Below the pieces are notes generated by a model. It did not search any database, had not been told where the DNA came from, and saw nothing but the letters and a program-made list of their open reading frames with translations. Source: Vibrio vulnificus CMCP6 (GTDB lineage Bacteria; Pseudomonadota; Gammaproteobacteria; Enterobacterales; Vibrionaceae). Taken from it: a stretch of DNA of 32,000 bases. Position numbers and translations under genes: made by a program. Positions 9,309-18,437 of this stretch are shown here, in pieces; the stretch's first letter is position 1; the number at the start of each line of letters is the position of its first letter. Location: NCBI RefSeq assembly GCF_000039765.1, contig NC_004460.2, positions 480,001 to 512,000 of the forward strand, written 5' to 3'.

Positions 9309-10907
9309 TTGAAAAAACCTCGATTTAGTCACGTCTATTTTGGTATTTGGCTATTAGGATTACTCCTTGCTTCTTTCAGTGTCTTAGCCATTTGGCATAT
9401 AGAATCTCATAGGGAATGGGAACGAGTAGAGCTCAGTCAACACCTTATATCACCTCCCATACTTTATGGTGGTAGTGCCTTTATTCTGGTCATTCTACTC
9501 ACTCTTGTGGTTAGTTTATGGTTGCACCGCTACCAACAATGGACGGTAATTTCGAAGCGATTAGCAAAAGAAAAAAACCGCACATTGGCAAAGCAAGCGG
9601 TGGAAGACAATCTGACCCGCCTTTACAATCGGCATGCTCTCAATACTTATATCAACAAGAAATTGGAAAAATTGGCCAAAGACCCTGACGAGGCCTTTTC
9701 CGTTCTCTTCATTGATTTGGACCGTTTCAAAGTCATCAATGATTCCATGGGACATTTGATTGGGGATTTGGTCTTAAAGCAAGTCGCCAGTAGGCTGCTT
9801 CTCAATGCCCGCAAACAAGATTCCTGTTATCGATTTGGCGGAGATGAGTTTGTCATCTGCTTACCTGGCCTGCATAACCAAGAAACACTCGCACGCATTG
9901 CTCGCCGGTACGCAGAGTTGATCTGCGAACCTTATAATATTGAAGAAAAAATTTGCCAAATCGGCGTCAGTGTTGGAATTGCCACTGTTGCGGATTCCTC
10001 ATACACCTTGGCAAAAATTTTGCGCGAAGCCGATACAGCGATGTATCGAGCGAAAAAATCAGAAGACAGTAAAGTGGTCTTCTTCGACAACGATATGTTT
10101 GTTCAAGCCACTAAACGATTCACTTTTGAGCAAGAGCTCTCTTTTGCGATTGAACGTGAACAGTTACACCTCAAATACCAGCCCATTTTTAGCAATGATG
10201 GCGAAGAGCTGATCAGCGTTGAAGTGTTATTACGTTGGTATCATCCAGACAATGGTTGGATTTCACCCGCAGACTTTGTTCCGATTGCCGAAGAAGCAGG
10301 TTTGATCAACAAAATTGGTGACTGGGTGATTGAGCGTACCTGCCATGTCGTTGCTCAGCTTAGTGAGCGTTACTGCGCTCAAGAATTGCCACGTTTTAAT
10401 ATTAACGTTTCTGCGAAACAGTTTATCAACGGGCAAGTTTTATACAGCCTTAACAGTCATTTAGCACGTTTTGCTTGTCCGGCTGAGTTGATAGGAATTG
10501 AGATCACCGAAACCAGTTTATTATCCGATAGCAAAGCCACAATCGATGTGTTGAACAAGATCAAAGCACTCGGCATTACCATTTCACTGGATGATTTCGG
10601 CACTGGCTATTCATCACTTGCGATGCTGAATCAATACCCCATCGACGTAGTCAAAATGGATCGCAGTTTTGTAAAGCACGTTGATGATGTCCACCACCGT
10701 TCTGCCCAGCTCTGTTTTGCGATCATCAACATGGCTCATACGATTGATCTTTCAGTGGTAGCAGAAGGTGTTGAGACGCTTGAACAGTTAAAAATTCTCA
10801 AAACGTTCCATTGTGATTACGTCCAAGGCTACCTCACGGCAAAGCCTATGAATTTGGAAGAGTTAGAGCAATTGTTTGACACGATTACCCTTAAAAAAAT
10901 AGCTTGA
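9309..10907 (+). CDS. Membrane-bound bifunctional GGDEF-EAL protein (c-di-GMP cyclase/phosphodiesterase)
   Basis: Two N-terminal TM helices; RKQDSCYRFGGDEF (I-site RxxD plus GGDEF); EVLLRW, NINVSAKQF, EITETSLL, DDFGTGYSSL, VVKMDRSFV, EGVET of the EAL domain. Confidence 0.95.
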   Translation: MKKPRFSHVYFGIWLLGLLLASFSVLAIWHIESHREWERVELSQHLISPPILYGGSAFILVILLTLVVSLWLHRYQQWTVISKRLAKEKNRTLAKQAVEDNLTRLYNRHALNTYINKKLEKLAKDPDEAFSVLFIDLDRFKVINDSMGHLIGDLVLKQVASRLLLNARKQDSCYRFGGDEFVICLPGLHNQETLARIARRYAELICEPYNIEEKICQIGVSVGIATVADSSYTLAKILREADTAMYRAKKSEDSKVVFFDNDMFVQATKRFTFEQELSFAIEREQLHLKYQPIFSNDGEELISVEVLLRWYHPDNGWISPADFVPIAEEAGLINKIGDWVIERTCHVVAQLSERYCAQELPRFNINVSAKQFINGQVLYSLNSHLARFACPAELIGIEITETSLLSDSKATIDVLNKIKALGITISLDDFGTGYSSLAMLNQYPIDVVKMDRSFVKHVDDVHHRSAQLCFAIINMAHTIDLSVVAEGVETLEQLKILKTFHCDYVQGYLTAKPMNLEELEQLFDTITLKKIA

Positions 10908-10962
10908 TAGAGAAAAGTAGTCACACGTTTGTGATTACTGAGAAGGGATACTCTATCAAGCT
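10901..10962 (-). terminator. Nested stem-loop, probable intrinsic terminator of phhAB; overlaps 3' end of GGDEF-EAL gene
   Basis: agcttgatagag (10901-10912) / ctctatcaagct (10951-10962) perfect 12-bp arms, with an inner near-perfect agtagtcac/gtgattact stem; on the minus strand followed by ATTTTTTTAAG (complement of cttaaaaaaat). Confidence 0.7.
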
Positions 10963-11006
10963 GGTGAGGGTTGGGACACAAACGTTACCCTCAAATCGAC
11001 AATTTG

Positions 11007-11339
11007 TTAACGAATGATCTGATCACATTTCGCAGCGCAGATAAAATCATTCTTGTGTAAGCCTTTAATAGAGTGGCTCCACCATGTCACCGTTACTTTC
11101 CCCCACTCAAGTAAAATGGAAGGATGGTGGAACTCTTGTTCAGCGAGCTCAGCCACCTGATTACTGAACTGCCAAGCCTGCATAAAGTTTTTAAATTTAT
11201 ACACTTTTTCAAGTTGAGGAATGCCTTCTCTTTCCATTAGGTGCCACCCTTCCAACTCTAGCAGTAATTCTTGCTGCTGTTGTGTCGTTAACGCTATCGC
11301 GTCGATACTACAAGCTTCGCATTTTAATTCATCAAGCAT
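11007..11339 (-). CDS. phhB: Pterin-4a-carbinolamine dehydratase
   Basis: 110 aa; [78 protein letters not shown]; overlaps phhA. Confidence 0.96.
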   Translation of the reverse strand: MLDELKCEACSIDAIALTTQQQQELLLELEGWHLMEREGIPQLEKVYKFKNFMQAWQFSNQVAELAEQEFHHPSILLEWGKVTVTWWSHSIKGLHKNDFICAAKCDQIIR

Positions 11340-12126
11340 CTACAGTTTCCTTTGGTTCAAACAGGGGTGGAAGCAAGCCAGCACTCATTGCAAACTCTAC
11401 TTCTTTCATTAAATCAATTTTGCTCAATTTGAACAGAGCGTTGATTTCATCCAGCACAAAATACTTGGGTTGCATGATATCGATTCTATAGGGAGTTCTG
11501 AGCACCGTTTGGATATCAAACTTTGCTCGTTCTGGACGTTCATCTTCAAGCGCATACACCGTTTCACCAGGAGATGAGAGAACACCGCCACCATAAATTC
11601 TCAACTCGCCCTCTTCTCTCAATAAGCCAAATTCGACCGTAAACCAATAAAGACGAGCGAGGTAGGCTCTTTGCTTAGGTGTCGCCTGCTCGCCTAATTT
11701 GCCATAGGTTTCCGTAAAAGCGGCAAAATCAGGATTCGTCAACATCGCACAGTGACCAAAGATTTCATGAAAAAAATCGGGCTCTTGCAAATAGTCAAAT
11801 TCTTCTCTGGTTCGCAAAAACGTGGCGACTGGAAATTTTTTGTTAGCCAACAGATTAAAAAAACGGTCGAAATTGATCAAAGCAGGGACAGGCTCCACAC
11901 TCCAACCCGTACTCTCTGCAAGCACTTGATTAATTTCCGGTAACTGGGGAACGCGATCGGTTGGGAGATCGAGTAGCGCTAATCCATCGATATAGGCAGA
12001 ACATGCACGTCCCTGAATCATACTCAGTTGTCTGGTGATCAGATCCTGCCAAATCGCGTCTTCTTCTTCCGTCCACTCAACGAATCCTTCGGAGTCGACG
12101 GGTTTTGAATGATAATGACTCATCAC
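11332..12126 (-). CDS. phhA: Phenylalanine-4-hydroxylase
   Basis: 264 aa; [43 protein letters not shown] (iron ligands HEIFGH), [29 protein letters not shown]. Confidence 0.97.
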   Translation of the reverse strand: MMSHYHSKPVDSEGFVEWTEEEDAIWQDLITRQLSMIQGRACSAYIDGLALLDLPTDRVPQLPEINQVLAESTGWSVEPVPALINFDRFFNLLANKKFPVATFLRTREEFDYLQEPDFFHEIFGHCAMLTNPDFAAFTETYGKLGEQATPKQRAYLARLYWFTVEFGLLREEGELRIYGGGVLSSPGETVYALEDERPERAKFDIQTVLRTPYRIDIMQPKYFVLDEINALFKLSKIDLMKEVEFAMSAGLLPPLFEPKETVDA

Positions 12127-12215
12127 AGCCTCAATTTAACAATCCATTTACAACAAGCCTATCTTTTGCACAGAACACTTCCAATCCTACTGACGCTTTT
12201 GCCAGCAAAATCCAG

Positions 12216-12233
12216 TGTAACATTTTCTTTACA
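12216..12233. promoter_or_regulatory. Candidate TyrR box upstream of phhA
   Basis: TGTAAC-ATTTTC-TTTACA vs recalled consensus TGTAAA-N6-TTTACA: one mismatch, 90 bp upstream of the phhA start. Confidence 0.65.
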
Positions 12234-12337
12234 AGAATCTCTCAAACCCTTACATATCAAATAAATGTACACTCGTTCACTGTTTGACTTTTGAGCAAAA
12301 TAGAATAAAACTTATTTGTGTTAATGAATGGTTAACA

Positions 12338-14326
12338 ATGAGAATAACAATGCCAACATCAAGCCCTATCTGGACCCCTTCTCCAGAGAGAATTGCAACC
12401 AGCAACCTCAAAAAGTTCATAGAACACATCAACATGCAAGGCGAAGCGATCGAAAACTATGCGCAGTTGCATCAGTGGTCGATTGTCGAAAATAAAAAGT
12501 TTTGGATGGAAATCTGGACCTTCTGCGATGTGATTGGTTACCAAGGTGACTGTATCGTCGGTGAAGGGAAGCCAAAATGGGGAAATTACTTTTCGCAAAG
12601 AGACAACCTTTGGTTCCCTCAAGCGGAACTCAACTACGCTGAAAACTTACTTTCTTCCGCTTACCAAAAGCCGCCAGAGCCCGCCATCATCTTCCGGAAT
12701 GAACGGAATGAAGAATCCAGTCTTTCTTGGCAAGAACTGTGTGATCAAGTTTCAATCTTGCAGCAATGGTTAATTCGCAATGGTGTCGGTAAAGGCGATG
12801 TGGTGGCTGGCTATCTTCCCTATTTGCCAGAAACCGTCATTGCCATGCTGGCAACAACCAGCCTTGGTGCGGTTTGGACCTCCACCTCTCCCGACTTTGG
12901 TACAGACAGCGTTATCGAACGATTAGGACAAGTAAACCCCAAAATTCTGTTTTGCTGCGATGGTTACTCATTCAATGGCAAAACGTTCGATATGTCAGAA
13001 AAGAACCGCAAAATCGCTGAACAGCTGCCAGACTTACTCAATATTTGTGAAATTGAGTATTTGGAATCTCCCGAGACGGACTACAACACCAACTACTCCA
13101 CTTGGGCTGCTATATTAGAAAACTACGATGCCAAAGGTATCATCTACGAACGTGTACCTTTTAATTCGCCCTTGTTTATTCTCTACTCTTCCGGGACCAC
13201 TGGCAAACCAAAGTGCATCATTCACACGGTGGGCGGTACCATTATCAATCACCTGAAAGAACATCAATTACATTGCGATATTCAGCCTGATGATCGTGTT
13301 TTTTATTACACCACCTGTGGATGGATGATGTGGAACTGGCATGTGTCCACACTCGCCAGTGGGGCAACGCTGGTGATCTACGATGGTAGCCCCGTTTACC
13401 CAGACCAATCGGTTTTGTGGGATATGGTGGACGATTGCCAAGTAACACTGTTTGGCACCTCAGCCAAATACTTAGAAGCGATTCAACATGCGCATTACGA
13501 GCCAGCACTGTTCCATGATCTCAGTACGTTAAAAACGATTTGTTCGACGGGTTCCGTGCTCTATCCGGAGCAATTTGATTTTGTCTATTCGTCTATCAAA
13601 TCCGACGTTCACCTTGCATCTATCTCTGGTGGCACCGATATTTGTGGCTGTTTTGTACTGGGCAACCCCATCTCGCCAGTCTACCGTGGGGAAGTACAGT
13701 ACGCAGGCTTAGGTGTCTCTATCGCCGTTTACGACGCTTCCGGACAACCAGTCGTTGGACAACGAGGTGAACTGGTGTGTACCAACTCTCTGCCTAACTT
13801 CCCGTTGGGCTTTTGGCACGATGATGGCGAGCGTTATCACCAATCATACTGGAGCAAGTATCCCAATGTGTGGCATCACGGTGATGATGTGATCATGACA
13901 AGTCATGGTGGATTTGTCTTCTACGGGCGAAGTGACACTACACTTAACCCCGGTGGCGTTCGAATCGGCACAGCGGAGCTCTATCAACAAGTGAACGCAC
14001 TGAACAGCATTGACGATTCCATTGCGGTGGGGAAAGTGCAAAACCGTAGCGAAGAGATCTGGCTGTTTGTAAAACCTGCGACGGGTTTCGACTTGAACGA
14101 TAGCATTGCAGAACAAATCCGTTCAACGCTTAGAAACCACTGCTCACCACGCCACGTTCCCAGTCAAATTTTCGCTATTTCGGATATTCCCAAAACGCGC
14201 TCAGGGAAGTTGGTCGAGTTGGCGGTAAAACAAGTGGTGAATGGACAAGAAGTGAAAAACCTCGGGGCGATCGCTAACCCAGAAGTTCTAGAGGAAATCA
14301 AACGCGTTACACAAGCTTATCGCTAA
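12338..14326 (+). CDS. Acetoacetate--CoA ligase (acetoacetyl-CoA synthetase)
   Basis: AMP-binding motif LFILYSSGTTGKPKCIIHTVGG, GDDVIMTSHGGFVFYGRSDTTLNPGGVRIGTAELY, C-terminal KTRSGKLVELAVK; full-length pattern of acetoacetyl-CoA synthetase. Start probably ATG 12338 or 12350. Confidence 0.93.
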   Translation: MRITMPTSSPIWTPSPERIATSNLKKFIEHINMQGEAIENYAQLHQWSIVENKKFWMEIWTFCDVIGYQGDCIVGEGKPKWGNYFSQRDNLWFPQAELNYAENLLSSAYQKPPEPAIIFRNERNEESSLSWQELCDQVSILQQWLIRNGVGKGDVVAGYLPYLPETVIAMLATTSLGAVWTSTSPDFGTDSVIERLGQVNPKILFCCDGYSFNGKTFDMSEKNRKIAEQLPDLLNICEIEYLESPETDYNTNYSTWAAILENYDAKGIIYERVPFNSPLFILYSSGTTGKPKCIIHTVGGTIINHLKEHQLHCDIQPDDRVFYYTTCGWMMWNWHVSTLASGATLVIYDGSPVYPDQSVLWDMVDDCQVTLFGTSAKYLEAIQHAHYEPALFHDLSTLKTICSTGSVLYPEQFDFVYSSIKSDVHLASISGGTDICGCFVLGNPISPVYRGEVQYAGLGVSIAVYDASGQPVVGQRGELVCTNSLPNFPLGFWHDDGERYHQSYWSKYPNVWHHGDDVIMTSHGGFVFYGRSDTTLNPGGVRIGTAELYQQVNALNSIDDSIAVGKVQNRSEEIWLFVKPATGFDLNDSIAEQIRSTLRNHCSPRHVPSQIFAISDIPKTRSGKLVELAVKQVVNGQEVKNLGAIANPEVLEEIKRVTQAYR

Positions 14327-14365
14327 GCTTTTCTTTGCAACAAGCAAAGTCGGTAACAGAAAAAA

Positions 14366-14394
14366 GCGAGCCTTACTGTTGGCTCGCCTTTTTT
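14366..14394 (+). terminator. Intrinsic terminator downstream of acetoacetyl-CoA synthetase
   Basis: gcgagcc-ttactgtt-ggctcgc followed by ctttttt. Confidence 0.8.
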
Positions 14395-14446
14395 CATTCG
14401 CATATTAAGTTTGGTGTCGATACTTTGCGTCTTGGGTCTTGGTGGG

Positions 14447-15028
14447 CTAACTTAAACGTTTCCCCTGACCAACAAAGACAGAGTGTGTCTCCCCTTCAAA
14501 CTGCATTTCGAAAGCGGGCGCCACAGCAACGTCTGCAAAACCAGCCTGCTTTAGTAGCGATTCGGCTCTTTGCATCGTTAAGCCTTCTTCATCCGATTGC
14601 GCGACCCAATCCCAATGGATAAACGTGCCGCCAATATTGAGCAGGCTATATGAAACCTCTAAAGCAGTTTCCAGATCATCAATGAATGCGCAAACCGAAG
14701 ACGCCACCACCACATCAAATTGCCCTCTGAATGCAGGATGTTGCGCCACCAATCCCCGAGTTAAACCGTCGACAACGGGTTCGACATTGGGCAACTGCTT
14801 TTTATCAAGCTCTTCGATCATCTCTTCAGAAGAATCCAAAGCGACAATATCTTTTGCTAGTGGTGATATTTTTTGGCTTAACAAGCCAGTACCACATCCT
14901 AAGTCAAGGACTCTAGCGCCGTTTAAACTCACTAAATCCTTTAACTGATTGAACACAGATTGTGAAAACTGTTCCGTTGCTGGATTGCTCTCCCACTCCT
15001 TCGCGGCTTCGTCCCAATTGTGTGCCAT
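14447..15028 (-). CDS. Class I SAM-dependent methyltransferase
   Basis: LNGARVLDLGCGTGLLSQKISPLAKDIVALDSSEEMIEEL motif I; FDVVVASSVCAFIDD. Start at MAHNWDEAAKEW (15028) preferred. Confidence 0.9.
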   Translation of the reverse strand: MAHNWDEAAKEWESNPATEQFSQSVFNQLKDLVSLNGARVLDLGCGTGLLSQKISPLAKDIVALDSSEEMIEELDKKQLPNVEPVVDGLTRGLVAQHPAFRGQFDVVVASSVCAFIDDLETALEVSYSLLNIGGTFIHWDWVAQSDEEGLTMQRAESLLKQAGFADVAVAPAFEMQFEGETHSVFVGQGKRLS

Positions 15029-15187
15029 CACGGCCTCCATAATTACTTCTTGCAACGTGGATAGATTAACTCAAAATATTCCTTACGTCATAGAGTTATT
15101 ATTGAAATTCCTCTATGCCGAAAGTGACTTAGCATGCAGGATGAATTTTCGCTATGCTATCGCCAAGTACATTTTTTCGAGTAGAGC

Positions 15188-16066
15188 ATGAATCTTTCAC
15201 AAATCGAAGCATTTTGCAGCATTGCTGAATTGGGCTCCGTCTCTGAAGCCGCCAGACATCTCGACTGCAACAGAACCAAGCTAAGTATGTCGATAAAATC
15301 GCTAGAAAAAGAGCTAGATATTGATCTCTTTGTACGCTCAGGCAACCAACTTACCCTCTCTGAAGCCGGTAAAGCGATTTTTAAAGACTGTGAAAACTTG
15401 CTCGTTACCGCACAGCGCATCAAGCAAACCTGCGCAGATGTCTCTGGGGTATTTAATGCCGAAATGTGGATCGCCAGAGACGATTCGTTACCCGATGAAA
15501 TTTGGCAGGAATTTTCGCACCAACTGAGTAAGCAGTACCCGTCAACGGCTTTTAATATTGTGCTGGCTTCAAGCGGAGATTTAGCAAACTTGGTTGAAAC
15601 AGGCCAAGTCGACTTTGCATTTGGTGTAGATTATGAACGCGTTGATAGCCCTAAAATCACCTACAGTCCTTTAGGCAAAATACGTATGATGTCAGTGTGT
15701 CGCATTGATCATCCCTTGACCAAAATGCGTCGAGTTTCGGACGAGGATCTACGCGCGCAAATGCAAGCACTCATGGTTTATCTCAACGAGAAAGACAATC
15801 CCGAATTGCGCCCTTTTTCACTCAAACACATCGGTTTCTCCTGCTTTGACTATATGTTGAACATGATTTTGCAAGAAGATGCGTGGGGCGTTTTGCCTGA
15901 ACCTCTCATCAGGCTTTATTTACGTGAGCAAAAACTGGCCGTGATTAAACACACTTATGGTTTGACACAAGAGGATTACTGTATGTTGACCCACAGCGGC
16001 ATGAGTGAGCACCCTGCGATGTCGTGGTTGGCAGACAAAATCAACGACTATTTGTTCGATTTCTAA
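15188..16066 (+). CDS. LysR family transcriptional regulator
   Basis: MNLSQIEAFCSIAELGSVSEAARHLDCNRTKLSMSIKSLEKELDIDLFVRSGNQLTLSEAGKAI HTH plus substrate-binding domain. Confidence 0.94.
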   Translation: MNLSQIEAFCSIAELGSVSEAARHLDCNRTKLSMSIKSLEKELDIDLFVRSGNQLTLSEAGKAIFKDCENLLVTAQRIKQTCADVSGVFNAEMWIARDDSLPDEIWQEFSHQLSKQYPSTAFNIVLASSGDLANLVETGQVDFAFGVDYERVDSPKITYSPLGKIRMMSVCRIDHPLTKMRRVSDEDLRAQMQALMVYLNEKDNPELRPFSLKHIGFSCFDYMLNMILQEDAWGVLPEPLIRLYLREQKLAVIKHTYGLTQEDYCMLTHSGMSEHPAMSWLADKINDYLFDF

Positions 16067-16077
16067 CTCGAACACAG

Positions 16078-16105
16078 TGAGCGTCAATATTAATGACGCT
16101 CATTT
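16078..16105 (+). terminator. Probable intrinsic terminator downstream of the LysR gene
   Basis: tgagcgtca-atattaa-tgacgctca followed by tttatt. Confidence 0.6.
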
Positions 16106-16240
16106 ATTAAGTTAAAGTGTTGATTTAAAAAGACAATATTAAGATACATTAAATTGACACATTTCATTCACTGACTTTTCATTTGTAAAATTTCGCCGTT
16201 ACGCAAACAATAACAGAGTGTTTAGCAACCGGAATATTTT

Positions 16241-17134
16241 ATGTGTGACAGGACAACTAAGAACGAAAACCGTATTCTGACTTTCTCAGCCCTTGCTGCA
16301 TCGGGCTTTGCAGTCGCGGGATTGGTGCTTGGCATGTTCGCAGGGTCACTGGTAATTATGTTTGATGGGGTGTATTCCCTCGTCAGCCTACTGTTAACTT
16401 TATTGTCGCTGGCAGCGTCTTACTATATCAACACACCTTCTCAACGTTTGTTTCCTTTTGGTAAAGCTGTCTTAGAGCCGATTGTTATCGCAATCAAGGC
16501 AATAGTGATTTTAATGGTGGTTGCTTACTCGCTTTATTCCGCCGTGTTTGATTTATTCAACGGCGGTCGTGAAGTCAATGCCTCTGTGGCGATTTTCTTT
16601 GAGACTTCGTGTGTGATTGGTTGTGCTTATGTCTGGTGGTATATCTCGAGAAAAAGTCGCCAATACTCCTCTGGCCTCATTGCTGCTGAAGTAAAACAGT
16701 GGCAAATGGATGCGTTGCTTAGTGCCGTTGTTACGATTGGATTTATCATGTCCATCGCCGTGACGTATACCCCATATGCTGAATTTGCAGCCTATGCGGA
16801 CCCAGTCATGATGCTGGCAATGTCGTTTTACTTCATCAAAGTACCAATGGGAATGTTGAAAGAAGCTTTGCGTGAGCTGCTCATGATGTCCCCAGACGAA
16901 GAACTTTGTCGAAGTGTCGGCAGTGATATCGAGTTCATCGAGAAACAAACTTCCCAACATCTGAAACTTGCAGGTGTTGCTAAAGTCGGGCAAGAATTAC
17001 GCGTTAACGTTGACTTGCATGTCAAGAACAAGACGTTGGCCCTGGCAGAACTGGAAAGTACTCGAAATAAACTGAAGAAGCAGCTCTCTAAGCATCCGTT
17101 CAAATTACAGCTCAACGTGAACGTCGCTTTCTAA
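16241..17134 (+). CDS. Cation diffusion facilitator (CDF) family transporter
   Basis: 297 aa, multiple TMs; FDGVYSLVSLLLTLLSLAASYYI, PFGKAVLEPIVIAIKAIVILMVV, QWQMDALLSAVVTIGFIMSIAV; cytoplasmic C-terminal domain. Confidence 0.88.
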   Translation: MCDRTTKNENRILTFSALAASGFAVAGLVLGMFAGSLVIMFDGVYSLVSLLLTLLSLAASYYINTPSQRLFPFGKAVLEPIVIAIKAIVILMVVAYSLYSAVFDLFNGGREVNASVAIFFETSCVIGCAYVWWYISRKSRQYSSGLIAAEVKQWQMDALLSAVVTIGFIMSIAVTYTPYAEFAAYADPVMMLAMSFYFIKVPMGMLKEALRELLMMSPDEELCRSVGSDIEFIEKQTSQHLKLAGVAKVGQELRVNVDLHVKNKTLALAELESTRNKLKKQLSKHPFKLQLNVNVAF

Positions 17135-17153
17135 CTCACTGCTCTTCCACATG

Positions 17154-17179
17154 ACGCCGTCTTGCTAGACGGCGTTTTT
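17154..17179. terminator. Intrinsic terminator between CDF gene and convergent exporter gene
   Basis: acgccgtct-ttgc/tgct-agacggcgt followed by tttt; the stop codon of the minus-strand gene (17165-17167) lies at the loop/stem junction. Confidence 0.82.
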
Positions 17180-18061
17180 ATTTCTGGTAAGCCACCAACA
17201 TGTCAGCGAGCCAATGGTTACCATAGCGACGCCCTGCCAAAATGTGCTGGGCAAACTCACGGCAAGAATCATCGAAGAGAATAAAGAAGAAAGAATTGGC
17301 GTAAAGTAAGACATTGTCGCAAGCAGAACCATATTCCCGCCAACGATCGCGACATTCCACAACGCATATCCTCCCGCCATCAATGCCGAGGCAACAAACA
17401 GAATCCCCACACCTTGCCACCCAAAATGCAACGAGGGAACAGAATCAGAGAGCCACCATTTCACCCATAAGGTCATTGCCGTGGCGATAAAAAACAGCGT
17501 GATTGCGTTATGTTTGCAGCGCGCTCTTTGCGTCACATTGCAATAAATAGCCCAGATGATTGCGCCAGCAAAAGCCATGATAAACACCAAAGGATTGGCC
17601 ATCACATTCGCCTGAATCATTGTCAGTGATACACCATCATCACCACTGACCGTCCAAGCTACACCAACAAAGGCCAGTAGAACCGCTGGATAAAGCCACA
17701 AACTGGTTTTCTTGGCGCTCCCCCACACCGCAAACAACACTGTCAAAGCTGGCCAAAGATAATTGACGATTGAAACTTGAATAGATTGCATTCGACTATC
17801 GGCATAACCCAACGCCAGTGCTAGGAGAATTTCATAGCTGACAAACAAGGCACCACCAACCAAAAGGTAGCGTTTGGGAAAATAACTCAACTTTGGAATG
17901 CCAAGTACCATCACCAACAAAATTGCACTCAAGCTGTAGAGAAGAGCCGCCCCACCCAACGGGCCAAAATATTCCGCAACCATACGCGTCATGGCCAGTA
18001 AACAGCTCCAAAATAAAATGGCGAGCAAACCAAATAAGGTGTATCGATGGGTTGTTGTCAT
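17165..18061 (-). CDS. EamA/DMT family transporter, YddG-like aromatic amino acid exporter
   Basis: 298 aa, ~10 TM; LLAILFWSCLLAMTRMVAEYFGPLGGAALLYSLSAILL...IQVSIVNYLWPALTVLFAVWGSAKKTSLWLYPAVLLAFVGVAWTVSGDD. Confidence 0.87.
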   Translation of the reverse strand: MTTTHRYTLFGLLAILFWSCLLAMTRMVAEYFGPLGGAALLYSLSAILLVMVLGIPKLSYFPKRYLLVGGALFVSYEILLALALGYADSRMQSIQVSIVNYLWPALTVLFAVWGSAKKTSLWLYPAVLLAFVGVAWTVSGDDGVSLTMIQANVMANPLVFIMAFAGAIIWAIYCNVTQRARCKHNAITLFFIATAMTLWVKWWLSDSVPSLHFGWQGVGILFVASALMAGGYALWNVAIVGGNMVLLATMSYFTPILSSLFSSMILAVSLPSTFWQGVAMVTIGSLTCWWLTRNKNAV

Positions 18062-18187
18062 TATCTGTGATCCCTAGCTCAGCAACGGCATATCAAACGA
18101 AGAGCTTACTGCAAAACTGACCTAGTTCAAAAACAAACACCACCAAACTCGATATAAACAAAGCGATCCCGTCAGTTAGGAGTTACT

Positions 18188-18349
18188 ATGAAACGTTTTC
18201 TTCCGTCTAGCGTCATGCTTACCCCCTTCGTTGTCCGTTATTACCAAGAAGAAGAGCCAGAGCATCAAGAACAAGAAACCTCTCTTCAGCACAGTGACGA
18301 GCCTCGCCAAGAAATCGAGCATGAAAGTCTCAAAGTCGACATTGAATAG
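18188..18349 (+). CDS. Small hypothetical protein (53 aa), not in supplied ORF track
   Basis: ATG at 18188 preceded by TAGGAG at ~6-nt spacing; MKRFLPSSVMLTPFVVRYYQEEEPEHQEQETSLQHSDEPRQEIEHESLKVDIE*; 88 bp upstream of elbB on the same strand. Confidence 0.5.
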   Translation: MKRFLPSSVMLTPFVVRYYQEEEPEHQEQETSLQHSDEPRQEIEHESLKVDIE

Positions 18350-18437
18350 CCGCACAGAATCGGTATCGCTCTTTTCCACTCACAGGCAAAGTTGGTTAAG
18401 CTGAGTAAACGGAATTCCGTCAAAAGGAAGGTAAGAA

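Noticed and set aside
18176-18379. 67-aa minus-strand ORF
   Set aside because: Antisense to the better-supported 53-aa plus-strand ORF with a proper SD; likely a shadow frame.
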